In this document: positions 13,262 through 26,900 of the stretch, piece by piece
Layout of the letters: each line of letters starts with the position of its first letter
Position numbering within the stretch: position 1 is the stretch's first letter
NCBI RefSeq assembly: GCF_001194135.2
Contig: NC_068983.1
Span: forward strand, 117,182,959 to 117,246,958
Direction: 5' to 3'
Length of the DNA stretch: 64,000 nucleotides
From: Octopus bimaculoides
Lineage: Eukaryota
Position numbers and translations under genes: made by a program
The notes under the pieces: model-generated
What the model was told of the DNA's origin: nothing
Seen by the model: only the letters and a program-made list of their open reading frames with translations
The model's database searches: none

Positions 13262-14371
13262 CGAGGCTAGGCTGAAAAGTTCATAGGGTTAGAAACTATA
13301 AAGGGGTGATACTATAGCTGTGAATTCTTGAAAGTATTAATTTCAACTCTTCATAATTAGTGACGACTTCTCTTGAAAATCGATAGAATTTTGCATCGTG
13401 GTGTTATCAAGTACCTGCAGAGAAAGGGTTGCTACATTAGGGAATGATGCTCCGGCTTTATCAACACTACAAAAGTGTGTAGTTAAATTTAGGAGGGGAA
13501 GTTGACCTAAGGTCTGAATTTACTGAAACTGCCACCATCGACGAAAACATTGATTGTCTTCAGCACAAGCGATTGGCAATAAATTAAATAGCCAATGCTA
13601 TTAGTATATCCCGTGAAGTTTGCATGACGAAGTTTTCTGCTTGGTGGGTGCCACATCATCGACACCTGATCAAATACACACCAGGCTGATCACATCATGG
13701 GAAAATCTCACATTATTTGAAGCAGATCGAACTGGTTTCTATGAACGTTTCCTAATCCAGGATGAATGTCGTGTTAATCACTATGAAGCAGAGACAAAGA
13801 AACAATCCATGCCATGAAATCATCCCCCTCACTTGCTCCAAAGTAGGCCATGGTCATTTTATATGCAGGGAAGATGATGGCCTCAGTTTTCTGGGAGGCA
13901 AAAGACATTGTTTATTCTTTATCTCCAGAAGGGCCACACCCTCAACAGAAAGTACTATGCCAAACTGCTGGGACAGTTATGAATGGCTATCGAGTCAAAA
14001 CCGACGAGAGGGGTCTTGTTTCACACATGTCCTTGTTTTCTTTGGCACCTATGCGTGACAGTGGTTTTGAACTACTCGATCAGCCTCCTTATTCTCTTGT
14101 TTTGATTCCATCTGGCTATCGTCTGTTCTCCATCATGAAAACATACTTAATTGGGAACCAGTATCGCAGTAATAATGACATCATACCTGCTGTTGATGAA
14201 TTTTTTTGACAAACAGGAAGAATGTTTCTTCACCAATGGGATCCAAGCACTGCGACACCGATAAAATAACTGTGTGCACCGTAAGAAAGACTATATTTGA
14301 AAATAAAACTCATTTAGTCACATTCCTTGAGAGTATCTTGGATAACCTATGAACTTTTCAGCCGTCTTTCG
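13262..14371 (+). mobile_element. Mariner transposon (irritans-like), both TIRs present, transposase disrupted
   Basis: TA flanks at 13260-61 and 14372-73; TIRs share ggctgaaaagttcatagg; WVPH at 13645; FLIQDECRVNHYEAETKKQS resembles TGDESWvhHY.PETK.QS; YSLVLIPSGYRLF resembles YSPDLAPSDY.LF. Confidence 0.92.
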
Positions 14372-15146
14372 TACAATGTTCTTTTGTATGCCTTCTTGGA
14401 ATCTATTTTTGAATAGTTAAGGAATAGTTACGCATTACCATTATACTAAATATACACATAATTCGCTGACATTAATTATCTCATTATCTAATTCTGATTA
14501 TAGATATATTGGTCGATTAGTCTTGTTATTAAATAAAAAAAATTAGCAGTAGTAATGTTATTACATCATTACTTATTTTTGTCTTCACATAAATAATTTT
14601 TCTCAAACTCTGAAAAACACTATATTGTAAACAAATCGAATTAAATACGTAAAAATAAAAACCATTTTGGTGTCAGAAAAATATACATCTGATGAATATA
14701 TGTAACAGGTATTTAAAAAAAAAACTAAATGATTGTTACGTTGCTTTACAAACCTTTTTTTAATTTCTATGATACTGAATGAAAATGGAGTCTTACAATA
14801 AAGATAGTCCGAAAATATGAACAATATTAATATTCATGCTGAAAAGAAAACCTGATTCTCGAATTCCTCGGATGATTTAACGATGACTAAAGAAAAAAAA
14901 AAATAGATTACCGTTTGTATTCTACAAATGTCTCTCTTTCAATACTTTCCTTTTGCATGGCAGTTTCTGGTGAAAAACTGAAGCATCTATTGATTACTAT
15001 TATTTCTGCTTTATTAGACGCATCACGCAGAAAAAAAAATTCGAACCGTAATTCGATACATCGGAACAAAAAATTTAATTATTTCAAAATGTGCTGAAAT
15101 TTAGAAGAAAATATGAATCAAACGAATAATATTAAGAACAATATTC

Positions 15147-15147
15147 A

Positions 15148-15208
<61 letters not shown>

Positions 15209-15210
15209 AT

Positions 15211-15250
<40 letters not shown>

Positions 15251-15258
15251 GCTGCTAT

Positions 15259-15308
<50 letters not shown>

Positions 15309-15425
15309 TGGTGGTTGATGCTATTCAGTTTCTTCCACTTCCTGTTACTACTGGTGCAACTGCCTTTCCTCCACCACTTCTTCTCCACCTCCTCTTCCTC
15401 CTCCTCCTCCTCCTCCTCCCCATTC
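15147..15425. repeat. Compound trinucleotide microsatellite (TAC/TGC)n, then (CCT)n
   Basis: Visible directly. Confidence 0.95.
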
Positions 15426-15699
15426 TTCCCTCCCTCCTCTTCCCCTTCCTAATGCAACTAATACTTTGTTTCATCTAGTTTGGGTATTGCATTTATTCTT
15501 GCCGTTGCCAATACTTCTCATATGTACATTAAACTGTGTTTCTCTATACGACCTATATATGTATTATATATATATATATATATAATTACCTGTGTGGGTA
15601 CCGTCTTTGTTAGAAGGTATCTAGAGACAGGTAATTTATCGTGTAAACCACAGTTTATATGTATAGTCATGTAGAGAATGGAGAAACAAACACATAAGA

Positions 15700-17670
15700 A
15701 GCAGGTCGATTGCGCTAGTTAGCCATTAATTTATTCAGTTAGGTAGAGATTATATAATGCTACATTTACGATCGTTTTGATTTGCCAATTTAAATTGGCA
15801 GATCTCTTCAGAATGTTGAGAAGTCTGTTTAAATGCATGGTGTGAGAGATGTGCTAATGTACAGGAATGCATATAGTGGTGTGAGAATAGAGGTAAGGTA
15901 TAGTGAGTCTTACATTTTAGTCGAAGTCAAGGTTAANNNNNNNNNNNNNNNNNNNNNCATAAGAAGCAGGTCGATTGCGCTAGTTAGCCATTAATTTATT
16001 CAGTTAGGTAGAGATTATATAATGCTACATTTACGATCGTTTTGATTTGCCAATTTAAATTGGCAGATCTCTTCAGAATGTTGAGAAGTCTGTTTAAATG
16101 CATGGTGTGAGAGATGTGCTAATGTACAGGAATGCATATAGTGGTGTGAGAATAGAGGTAAGGTATAGTGAGTCTTACATTTTAGTCGAAGTCAAGGTTA
16201 ATATTTCTGCGAAGGAGAGGTAGGGTGGGTGCTGTTTAAGTCCGTAATTCCAATCTTCGTCAAGTGCATTACTCACGTTGCTGTTGTTAAATCAAGCGGA
16301 TGTTGTGTTTCATTTGCACCGGCGGTGTAAGTAAAGGGGAGTAACTCTACGTTTTGGTGAAGAAGGAGCTAACTCTGTCCTAGTAAATATTTAATTATAC
16401 TTAAAAAATGAAAATTTTGTAGTGTGTAGACAAACTGGGTTATTTTCGTATTTTTTTGTTTCGAAGATGTGCTGTAGCCGTTAGGATTTCGAGGCATTCA
16501 ATTAGGTAAAGGTCACAACGTCTGTTAATTGAGTTATAAGAATTTGCTGTTCTGAGTATATGCCATTTTAGTTTGTATGCTATATTATTGTCATTTAATT
16601 CCCAAATATAGCTACTAAGTCTTGTTGAGCTTGCCTTCTTTATATTTCTAAAGCTAGATTAGTGTTCATTGTATCTAAGTCGTATTTGGTTTTTCGTGGC
16701 TCTTATGTATGATCTTATATGGTTGTTTGTGTGTACGTCACATTGGTAAACTACATTTTCGGTCTTACATCTATTGGAGAAATTGTATTTATTCCTATCC
16801 CTAGAGCTACATAAATTATAAGGGGTGTCTGTGTCGGTGTGTTGTTGTGCGGCCCCATTGTTCTTTTGATGTGTGTCTCTGTTAGCAAGGGGCGTTGTAT
16901 TTGTCGGACGGTTGTTAGTTTGGTTGTTCATGGTCTTTCTAACTGCATAGAATGCGTCTATTTTTTTATTATTAATAGAGGCTATAATGGTAGCTAAGTT
17001 ACATGTCAGGCTGTGGCCTATTCTAATCTTGTTCTTAAATATTGCTGCATATTTATTGTTTACATTTAGATGTTTATCTATTATGTTCATTAATGAACGG
17101 ACTATGTTGGATTTGAGGTTCATGGTGAAGGGGATAATTAACCGGATCGTATCACTATTGTGCTTACTGTTATAACGGTTATGCCTGGTATAGAAGCTGC
17201 CATCATAGCTGGGAAGGCTAGTGAATTTGCCTTTGTGGCTACCTAATTTGTTTGTATGGTTAGGTTTATTTTTCGTATCTGTCTTATCAGTGTTAGCTGG
17301 GTTAATATTGTTCGGTTTTTGTGGACCCGGCGTCAACGGGTTAAGGTTTATAACAGGGTTTATTTTAGTTCGCTGGGTCTTGCTGTTATTATTAATATTC
17401 TTATCTTTGTGTGGCTTAATGTTGATCATATTATGTGTGTTATTGTATTTCCACTTCGTTATATATTAGTCTTATTAATGCTAATACTATTATTGGTATT
17501 GGTGTTTACGTTGTTGTTGGTAATTTTTGTGTTATGTGGGTTGGCTTTGGGATCTTTGTATTATTATCATTTATATTCCCTTTATTTCGGTCATTTTGTA
17601 TGGTTATTGAGATCTAGGTAATTAATTTTATGGTTGAATCCTGCTTTATGTAGTGCGATATTATAGATTT
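15700..17670 (-). mobile_element. Penelope-like element, 3' part (end of RT thumb plus GIY-YIG endonuclease)
   Basis: ORF 17429-16659 has KIRIGHS...CKTENVVYQCDV...SYIRATKNQIRLRYNEH; past the stop SFRN...TRLSSYIWELNDNNIAYKLKWHIL...RCDLYLIE. Confidence 0.85.
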
Positions 17671-18352
17671 CNNNNNNNNNNNNNNNNNNNNNNNNNNNNN
17701 NNNNNNNNNNNNNNNNNNNNNNNNNNNNNNNNNNNNNNNNNNNNNNNNNNNNNNNNNNNNNNNNNNNNNNNTATATATAAAGGTTACAAACCTCATTAAG
17801 AGATAGTAAAATCCAATGAAAGTACTGGTTGGTTAGCTATACAAAGAATGGTGAACATTACAATTAACATTCGACTCTAAGGTAACTATATAAACCGTGG
17901 TTTATATATATTTATATATTTCGATAAGATAAGAAAATATAGAGACAATTAATGAATTATTGCTTATTAATTTTTAAAAATTGACATCACTTACAGCTGT
18001 TTCAATTCTTCAGAAAATTAATTAATAAAAGTAAAAATTATGCGAAAATCGAATCTCGTCAGAGTTAGTTTAACATATACAAAATAGCTGTTCAATTTCT
18101 GCATACTGAGTATACGGCTGGAGTATACTTTTATATAATCTTAGAATTTTTCTTTTATTATCCACAATTTAGTAGACTACAATCTTTTTATTATAACAAG
18201 ATTTGAATCCACTACGAAAATCTCAAATGAATAAAACTACATTGTCATCATTGTTATACCATATAAAGTTGTGCATTCTACAAACTTATGAATAATTCAA
18301 AAGTTGCATAACTTTTTAATTAACTGATATATGTCGTTAAATTGCAGATGTT

Positions 18353-19352
18353 AGTAAAGTCTTCCTGTATAGTAATAATTGTTTCGAAACTGAAGCAGTG
18401 CGCCACATTGAATTCCTGAGAGAGTATGTGTGCTGGCTGTCCGATAACTAGTGAAAACTGCAGGCTATTTACGGCGACAACTGTTGGTAAGAACGATGTA
18501 AACAGATGGATGAAAGAGTTTAAACAAGGAAACCAATATATTGAAAACAAACTACGCAGTGGGAGAGGATCAACTGCAACCAATAATACGAAATACAAGC
18601 GAATTGACGAATTGATTCATGCGGCCAGTAGCTGTAACGTATACATTTTTAGAAAGTTGATATCGCGAGAGTTTACTCTGCTTTGATCTGCCGGAAGCAT
18701 GTGACACCAATGAAAGTTAGTTTTCTTCGATCTATTTGCAGGGGCTGAGAGATAGGCGTATCTTTATATTCCACAAGCGAAGGCTTAGTCCATGGAGTGG
18801 CGTTACACCTCTTCTCAAAGGACTGAGAATTTCAAGATTCAGCAATTGGCCCAAAAAATCACGTGGTTGTTTTTTTTTAAGGATCACAAAGGCGTCATTC
18901 TCTTATATCTTCTTGAATGAAGCTGTACCGTTAACAGTTAGTGATATATTTATACAGTGAATATGTTTAAAGAAGACACTCGGAGGAAGAGACCGAATAA
19001 GACTCTAAAAATGGTCCACGTTGACCATGACAAAGCGTGGCAACACTCATCTTTGGAGCTAATCAGGCAATCGGCACACTGGGCTAGTCATTTGTCTCCC
19101 ATCCGTCATACGGACCAGTATGCTGTCCTCCAAGTTCCATCTTTTCGCGCCAATCAATGACAGACTTCGTGAGCAAAAATTTGATGATACACTCGTATTG
19201 AAAATGTCTGTTAAGAAGTGGGTACAACAGTGCATACCTGAAGTTTTAAATGAGGTTTGAAAGACGAAGGCGCAAATGTATTTCCTACGATGAAGACTAA
19301 GTTGAATAGTACCTTTGTACAGAGGAGGCTTTACTCTGCCCACGTGTACAAT
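18353..19352 (+). mobile_element. Degenerate mariner transposon
   Basis: HTH-linker RWMKEFKQGNQYIENKLRSGR; RRKRPNK...HDKAWQH resembles HDNA.pH; right end ...actctgcccacgtgTA with a partial inverted match near 18353. Confidence 0.75.
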
Positions 19353-20604
19353 TTGATGGAAATATATCAGTCAATAAAAAATTGTCAACTTTTTGCTTTA
19401 CTTTTGGAACAATCCCTGCATTTTGTTGAACTAAAGAGAGTAGAGATGTACATCAGTGATTGTAAACACTTCCTTAAGCATTTGAGAAGCAGGAACTACA
19501 AATCTTTCCAGTTCACCTTTGCGATCTGATATTTTAATTTTCATTAAGAAGCTGGAAGTATTGCAATGTTAAGTAAAATGTATTTATATTTACCAGTATT
19601 TTGCCCTGATATCAATGACTCAGTAGAAATGCGATTGTTAGATTTGTTTTCAAATGTTCTCAAATTTACACATTATATCAAAATAGAAAATGCCTGTTAA
19701 ATAAAGCATACAAATTTTTATTTCAAACTTATATATTAGATTTTCTGACTGACTCGCTTTTATTGGGAAAGGAAGTGCGGGTTTCACACAAGTCTTCCTG
19801 TATAGTAATAATTGTTTCGAAACTGAAGCAGTGCGCCACATTGAATTCCTGAGAGAGTATGTGTGCTGGCTGTCCGATGACTAGTGAAAGCTGCAGGCTA
19901 TTTACGGCGACAACTGTTGGTAAGAACGATACAATTTAATACAAACATTTAGTTTTGATAACACTTTTTAAAAAAATCAGTATTAATTTTTTTATTAGAG
20001 TATAAATAATAGATTCTCCAGTATCTAACAGTTTTTAAAATTCTTTATTCTTTTCACTGACAATTAACTATGGGATGGAATCAGATATAGCTTATAAAAT
20101 TCTCATTTATCTATTTATAGATAGATGTTGATACGTTTTGATTCGGTTTAAAATATCACAGAGAAATATTTGTTGCTAACTCTTTAAATAGAGATGTTTG
20201 ATAGCATCAGTTACTTCTGCAGTATCTCGTTAAATATTTACGATAAACACAATTCTGAAATACAATGTTTGGCTAAATTTGAATGAAACATTTAATTTTA
20301 TGACTAATATTTTAGAATGACAGTGATAGTTCTAGTTTAAAAAGATGAACAGAAATTTCAGTTAAGTGTGTAACGAAGTTTCAATGCTTCATTTCACTTC
20401 ATTTACGCTGCCAATTTAATTGAAAAACCAGGAACTTAGTATTTCATACACATCGTTCCATCTAGTTAAAGCGTTTGTGTGTTATAATTCGAGAAACTCC
20501 CATTAGTTGCCAACATTATTCTAATATCTACTCTGTTTTAAACTTGTGTATGTGCGATATACATTGCAAATCCCGTATAATCACAAGTGTTTTTGTATGC
20601 ATGT

Positions 20605-21298
20605 GTAAAGAATCCCACCAAACAGATATCAACACGTTACGTGGGTGAAGAGCTTCTTTAGCCTGGGGTTCCGGTGTTTACCCTTTGCTTACCCACTGTC
20701 TTCGGCGCTTGACATTTTGATAGAGAACCCATTTCTCGTCACCACTATTTGGTCCAAAAATAAGGTTCATTTGTGAGAAGTGACAGCAAAGAAGAGCACA
20801 CATTTCCTCTCTGCGCGCGAGTAGACACGGGAAATTTGTGAGGTAGACATTGATCCAATTTGCTGACATTTCGGATGGTACGCAGGTGTGGATGAATGGT
20901 GGAATGAGCTAATTCAAGCTTCTCTGCTAGTTCCTCAACAGTTACGATGGAATTTTACTCCACCAGGTTTTGCAGGACGTCCTCGTTGAGCTCTACATAT
21001 CTTCTAGGTCGAGGTTCGTCTTCTAGGTTGTAGTTTCCGGCTCGGAATCTTTGGAACCACCGTTGACACTGGCTTATGCTGATTGTCCAATCCCCATACA
21101 CTGCATTAACATTCCTCGCCCTTTCCGTCACGTTGTTGCCTTTATTTAACTCATAAAGCAAAATATGCCGAATATGCTCCTTTGTAACTTCCATTATAGC
21201 TTTTAAAAAAAATAACTGTTAAAATCGTATTGCACTCTTCAAAACTCGCACGAAGATCATGCGATGGAAAAAATTGCATTATCTATGGGATGACTCAA
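20605..21298 (-). mobile_element. Mariner transposon (Mos1/cecropia-like), 3'-truncated
   Basis: MEVTKEHIRHILLYE...RWFQRFRAGNYNLEDEPR; GDEKWVLYQNVKRRRQW; HPRNVLISVWW; TA followed by ttgagtcatccc terminus at 21298. Confidence 0.9.
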
Positions 21299-21334
21299 TA
21301 TATACATACATATATGAATATATACACATATATT

Positions 21335-21375
<41 letters not shown>

Positions 21376-24299
21376 ATTGAAGAATGTCATGATACCTTAT
21401 TTTTGCAGATACACTCGAATAGGTCTTTCATTATGAAATGTCTTTTTCGATGAAACCGGTCACTGCTTTTGTGAAATTAAAAACGTTATTGAAGCATAGT
21501 ATACATTAAAATAAGTTAATTCGAATGTTACTTAGAATGGAAGCACTAATATATACAATACAATGCATTAAAAATTCATTTATCAATGCTTCTTACATAA
21601 TATAGTTGTTGTCAAAGGTATTCTTTTCGTCCTAACAGAAGCTAATGTTTTGATGTTTGCATTTTTTTCTCATTATTCTCAAACCCTACAAAGATTGCTA
21701 ATTTTCGGCAAAATTCTTTTCGGATTGTGAAGAAATTATTTGATACTCTGATTCAAATTTAGTTTAGGGATTGTTTTATAATCTATCAAAGATATTTAAA
21801 TAAAATATCTGCTTTAAGGATATAAGAAAAATGGCTTGTTCGTCAGATTTATGCTATCTCCAGATATATTGATGCGTCACAAAATACTTAATTGTATTCG
21901 TTCTTAGCAACTCACTTGACAGGAATATGCAATATATATGCAGCAAGCCGTATACACCAGTCTAATGCTAACAGAAAATTATTCTGCTACCTATGGAGGT
22001 AAGTATCTGCTGTGCATGTCCCTGTGAACTCTGGACCAGATTCATTTTCGTAATTTCAATCAGAATTTTTTACGGATACGGAGCGTGTGCAGATGACACT
22101 TTCTAATTTAGAAGGAAATTACATTGCAATCTCACAAAGTATTGCCCCAAAAAAGGAGCTATAGTCTTTAGTGTGCCACTGAGCTCAATCTCATTTGTAT
22201 ACTCATACTTCCAAACTAATTCACAATATATCTGAATGCTAAAAATACACGTAAATAATTCACAATGGATTTAACTCCACAAACATTCGTAAGTATCTCC
22301 AACCTTTTATACGCGTAGTAATTGTATCAACTAACAACATTTTCTTTCTTTTAGAGAAGAACAAATAATTCTACTGGTCTTGTTGGATTGGTGGCAAGCT
22401 CAAAATTGATCTAATATATATTCGTGTAATTTATATGTCTGCATCTTACGACTTGTCTCCAACGGAAAATATACCCAGATACAATAATTATATTTACTTC
22501 ATGTGTGGGAAAAATTGCATTGAAAGTATTATGCTTGACACCTGTGTCTATCTGTGATTATTATCAAAAACGAGATAAATAAATGAAAATTACCTGCATA
22601 TCGAAACCGGCGAAGATTTGTCATATGTTAATTAGATATTATGTGAAATTATTAAGTGAACGCTGCTGGATATCTGTACAGTATCAATAAATCTTCAACC
22701 TCACATTATTTCAGTGATATATGTATGAGTTCATATAATTATATTTTTAGTCAGTACTTAAGCTACGAAATACCAAATTATCTTGAAACATTGGCCAAGA
22801 AATTGAAAGTTTTTACTACTTTACTCCTAAAATATGTTAGTGTCATTAATATACTAATAACGCAATTGAATGTATTGTATGGTTGATCATTTCACACTTA
22901 GACTCTTAAACTTTTAATAATATAACAATAGCGTTGTGGTAAAATTTGGTCTGTTGTGGTTGTCGGAAGTATAGAAACAGAAATGGTTATTGGACCATTA
23001 AATAAGAGAGAATACTATATAACATTTGATTACATCGCGCTTTCAGTTCAAATAACGACTAATTTGATTTTCTTTTCATCATGCTGGAGTCAAGAAATCA
23101 AATACCTACTAGATAAATATAAGAGATTATAATTCTCTACTATTATTTAAACTATTGTTCCAGTGCAATAAACCACATTACTAAAATATTTTATTCAGAA
23201 ACAAAGTTTGTGTAGACAAACGAGTTTTAAGAAATAAATACATTAACTATCTACGTTTAGTTAGAACACTCTTCTATCTTCACTTGGTTTTAGGATCCCA
23301 GTCGGATACACATTCGTGTAAGAAAGTACAGAATAATGTAAAGATTATGAAGAGACAGAAGTATCGATTGTATTTAGCCTCCTGTCTCAAATTCAAAATT
23401 ACCTAAAAATAATTCAGATGACATAACTCTGGTTAATACAATTGTACGAATGCAAGACTATGAGCTTTTAAATACGCGAGGATAATTACGCATCGTATTT
23501 GTTGATATCGTCATTTGTATAACTATACTGAAATTTCTATTCACCGACTTTTCAAAACACATCAGTTAATTTATCTTTGACAGTAGAAAGGCCTGTAAAC
23601 TAAGGAATAATTTCTGGCAGTAACAATTCAAACGAATCTTTAGTTTGGAAATTTATGCAAAAATATTTTCTCAGCCATAAAAGTCTATTAAATGTATTTT
23701 AAACAACAAATACGAAAATAAATTGCTAGAAAGCTATTTTTAATCTTTATAATATAAGCTATTTTAATATTCAAAATACAATAAAAGCAGCTTCTATATG
23801 TATACCTTTTAAAAATATTTATAATTCTATTTCATTGAAGCCTAATAGTTTTTGTTTTGCATGTTCATTCAATGTCACGAGAAAGAATCAAGAAAATATA
23901 ATGAAGAAACACAAAGAAAAATTACAAAGAAAAATTATTTTAAGAAAAGTTAGAAACTTAACAAAAATATTAAATTTCCTGTTTTCTCTGTTTTTACTTA
24001 AAAGAACCAACTTTTAATAGAAATTAGAAATTCGAATTTATTTTCAACCTAATCAAAACCAAATTTAAGAGTTACATACTACAATAAAATTACCTTAAGT
24101 TTTAAACATTTGGATTAATTTTATTTACATTTAATTTTGCTGTAAGAGAAGTTTAGGAAATTTTATTTAGCATTAATTTTCCACGATGAATTTATTAGGA
24201 AGTGCATTCAAGAGAAATAGTGCGAATATATTTAATGTACAGAGTATAAATAATGTAATTATAAATAGGTATACAGTGAGGACAAACAATATTACTCAA

Positions 24300-26900
24300 T
24301 GAGTAGTATAAAATAATTGCAGCTTTTTGCTACCAAAATCAAAGCAAACTCTCTTAAGCCAAAATTTATTTAATAATTGAAATAAGAAAAAGTACAATGT
24401 ACATATTTTGCCAACAACAAACAAGTTTGTTCTGTTAGGACTGAATTCCGAGATCCTGAAAAGTATTATCGCCTCCGCAATACGTAGACTCCGACGCACT
24501 TTCGAAAGTAATATATGCTAACGACTGGGATGTGATTCTTCACTGTATGAAGTGCCTTGTATTCAATATGTTAATACAAATTTAAACCCTAATCATCATG
24601 CTGATAAAAACTTTGAGCAGATAACCTTATGTGAATTTTTCGAAGGCGTTTTCAGCTGCTGCTTACTGCTGTGTTTGTTAAAGAGATTTTACAGAAAGTT
24701 ATCGACATGCTTCAAATAGTGGCACGTGGTCGAGGGGTCGTCTGGGTAGTATGCTTGATGATGTAGAATTTCATAATCTAACACGTCCAATTTCTGTCGT
24801 ATCAGTTTTCAAGAAATAGTGATAATAAGTCCGCTTGCACACCAACGACCAGTGGCAATATCATACTTTTCCTACGGTTCCAGTTTGAGAGTCTTAAATT
24901 TTAAACTCCGTACGGGCATGTGTGAAATGCCAACTGTTTACTACATAGAATGCTTTTGCATCATGTCATAATACAATTAAGAAGTGGATCATCAATATCC
25001 TGAACCCAAAGAGCAGAACTGGTATATTTATAGCATTTTCATATATTCATTTAACTCTTGTGCCTCACATTTGTTTAGTTGTTTTAGCGTTCAAATATGA
25101 TGCAAATTTCAAAATACTGTTATACGTCGGAAATGGTTTTCCATACGTCTGCTTGAATAACTGTTCCTCAATATTTTGTTATATCTCGGAGATTTTCCAC
25201 GGTAGAAAATGAATATAGTAATGCAGTTTTATTATCACCTCCGCAGCACATGAACGTCAGTAATATTTGTCAACTACTTACATATCATTCTTCATTGTAT
25301 AAAGTACCCTCCATTCAATATATTAACACTAACTTAAATCCTAATGATCAAGCAGAAGATGTCCTAGAGCAAATAGCCTTATGTGAAAACTAATTTTCTG
25401 TTTTAAATGTGTGTCGTGTGTATTGAACGCTCCAGATGTAAAATACGTGCAAAAATATTTTTCCATGAAACAATTGATACTGATATTGATATTTTTCAAA
25501 TAAATTACAGATATTTCAGTCAGTGACTTATTCATCTAATAAATGCGTACGCGCATATGATTACTAATTAACGTGTGACAGTCACAATATGCCAAAATAT
25601 GTTTCGTTCCACTGATATGAGGAATCACCGAGTCAATACTTATTTGAAAAAGTGAAATACTTGTCCAAGAATGTGAAGTATAAGAAGCTCAGTATTTCAG
25701 AAGAATAACTGGTTGTGTGATTCCTGCTTTAGCACACACTTTGGATTTTGTTATTCAAGGATTGAAACTACCTGTCTGTCTTATTTTGCTGTAACTTCCA
25801 TTTGACACTACCTATTGAAATCGTAAGATCTTGAGAAATCACTTAAAACCGAAATATAGTAATTGTGTATTAAAATATAAAGTTTATAGTATTCAATGAA
25901 ATAATAATTATAAGATGGCGTTCAATGTACAGTGCAATTGACTGATTGTTGAAAAGAGCAAGTTACGTAATTTACGTTAATTACAGATTAGCTTCTGTCA
26001 TTTGAACATGACTTGTAATGTAAAGATTAGAAATAAAGCGAAAGTGAAATTATAATTAAAAATTAAATGAAGAATTAATTCAATATTTCGAAGAATACTT
26101 AATGCATTAGAATATGCAGTATTATTAATGAATATCTAGACGAATATAGATGAATTACAAGGTATCTTTTCAAATAATTCAATTCCTAACCTTAGGGTAA
26201 CAGACAATTTATTAGATCCTTCAATTATGTCCGTACTAAATTATACAGTTGCATCAAAAATACAAATATATGCGTTGGATGCAATAGCGATTCAATTAAG
26301 ATTTTAATTATTGATTTACTTTGTTCTTGCAAAACTTTCAACTTTACTGGAAGGTAACGAGCTAAATTGTGACGTTTAAATATTTTCCAAGAAAACTGTC
26401 AAAGTATAACTAAATGGAAATTAATAAGTTATTATCAATTTAGACATAATTTATTATTCATTCAATTTGATCAGAAACACATTAATGATATATGACAACA
26501 CAAAATGATAAATGACCATACAAAGAACTACACAGTAATGATAAAGGACTATACACTAATGATATATGACTATACAAAAAAAGGAGGGCGCTTTCAACTA
26601 GTATATTTTCCATATAACACCCGATGAATTGAAATGTTAAGTTTCCATACAGTACATAATTTCATATGTCACATTTCTTTGTTCAGTAATGCTTGCTAAA
26701 ATATCAATTATCTTATTAGATAACAAATTTAAGTCAATTGCCTCATGAAACCGTGCCATTATTTCTGTAGATTTATGACCTATTTAATGTAGTAGCCAGC
26801 GACAGACAACACCCTTTTTTTTAAATGGAATTCGTGGGTGACGAGGTATACACTTAAAATGGTCGGATAACATGACCACAATAGATATGAGTTTACTTGA
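24300..26900 (+). pseudogene. Decayed TLR-like gene remnant C (two Cys caps, TIR-like end, TM region lost)
   Basis: SSLRVLNF 24879-24902, KLSIS-NNWLCDSC 25704-25727 (LRRCT), FSNNSIPNL about 26170, LEGNELNCD 26347-26373 (second LRRCT), ISIILLD 26701-26721 and TYLM** 26778 (TIR-end-like); internal duplicate with codon-biased divergence. Confidence 0.55.

Larger units (their letters stand above)
14400..23400 (+). pseudogene. Decayed TLR-like gene remnant B, the most complete: LRRs, LRRCT, TM/juxtamembrane, TIR; about 4.4 kb after removing insertions
   Basis: TLKNTIL*TNRIKYV 14607-14651, IRL*GNYI 17869-17892, MRLLDLFSNVL 19629-19661, QLTMGWNQI 20061-20087, QELSISY 20429-20449, RYIDASQN 21862-21885, LSNLEGNYI 22099-22125, LLEKNK*FYWSC/LDWW about 22348-22400, LVCCGCRKYRNRNGY 22946-22990, AFSSNND*FDFLFIMLE 23039-23089, YLRLVRTLFYL-TWF*DP 23248-23299. 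Confidence 0.6.

Noticed and set aside
15101-15478. Poly-Thr/poly-Ser ORFs (also 44385-44840)
   Set aside because: Trinucleotide microsatellites that are open by construction
15693-16201. Exact 244-bp direct duplication (15693-15936 and 15958-16201)
   Set aside because: Identical copies on either side of a 21-N gap; most likely unmerged contig ends
21923-22164. Apparent two-exon host gene with good AG/GT sites ending in KKEL*
   Set aside because: No consistent upstream or downstream exon chain; the same DNA is better explained as part of continuous LRR remnant B. RNA-seq could overturn this
24440-24820. Candidate exons GLNSEILK... and ...ISVVSVFKK*
   Set aside because: The codon-biased duplicate shows the conserved frame is a different one, running through the supposed intron
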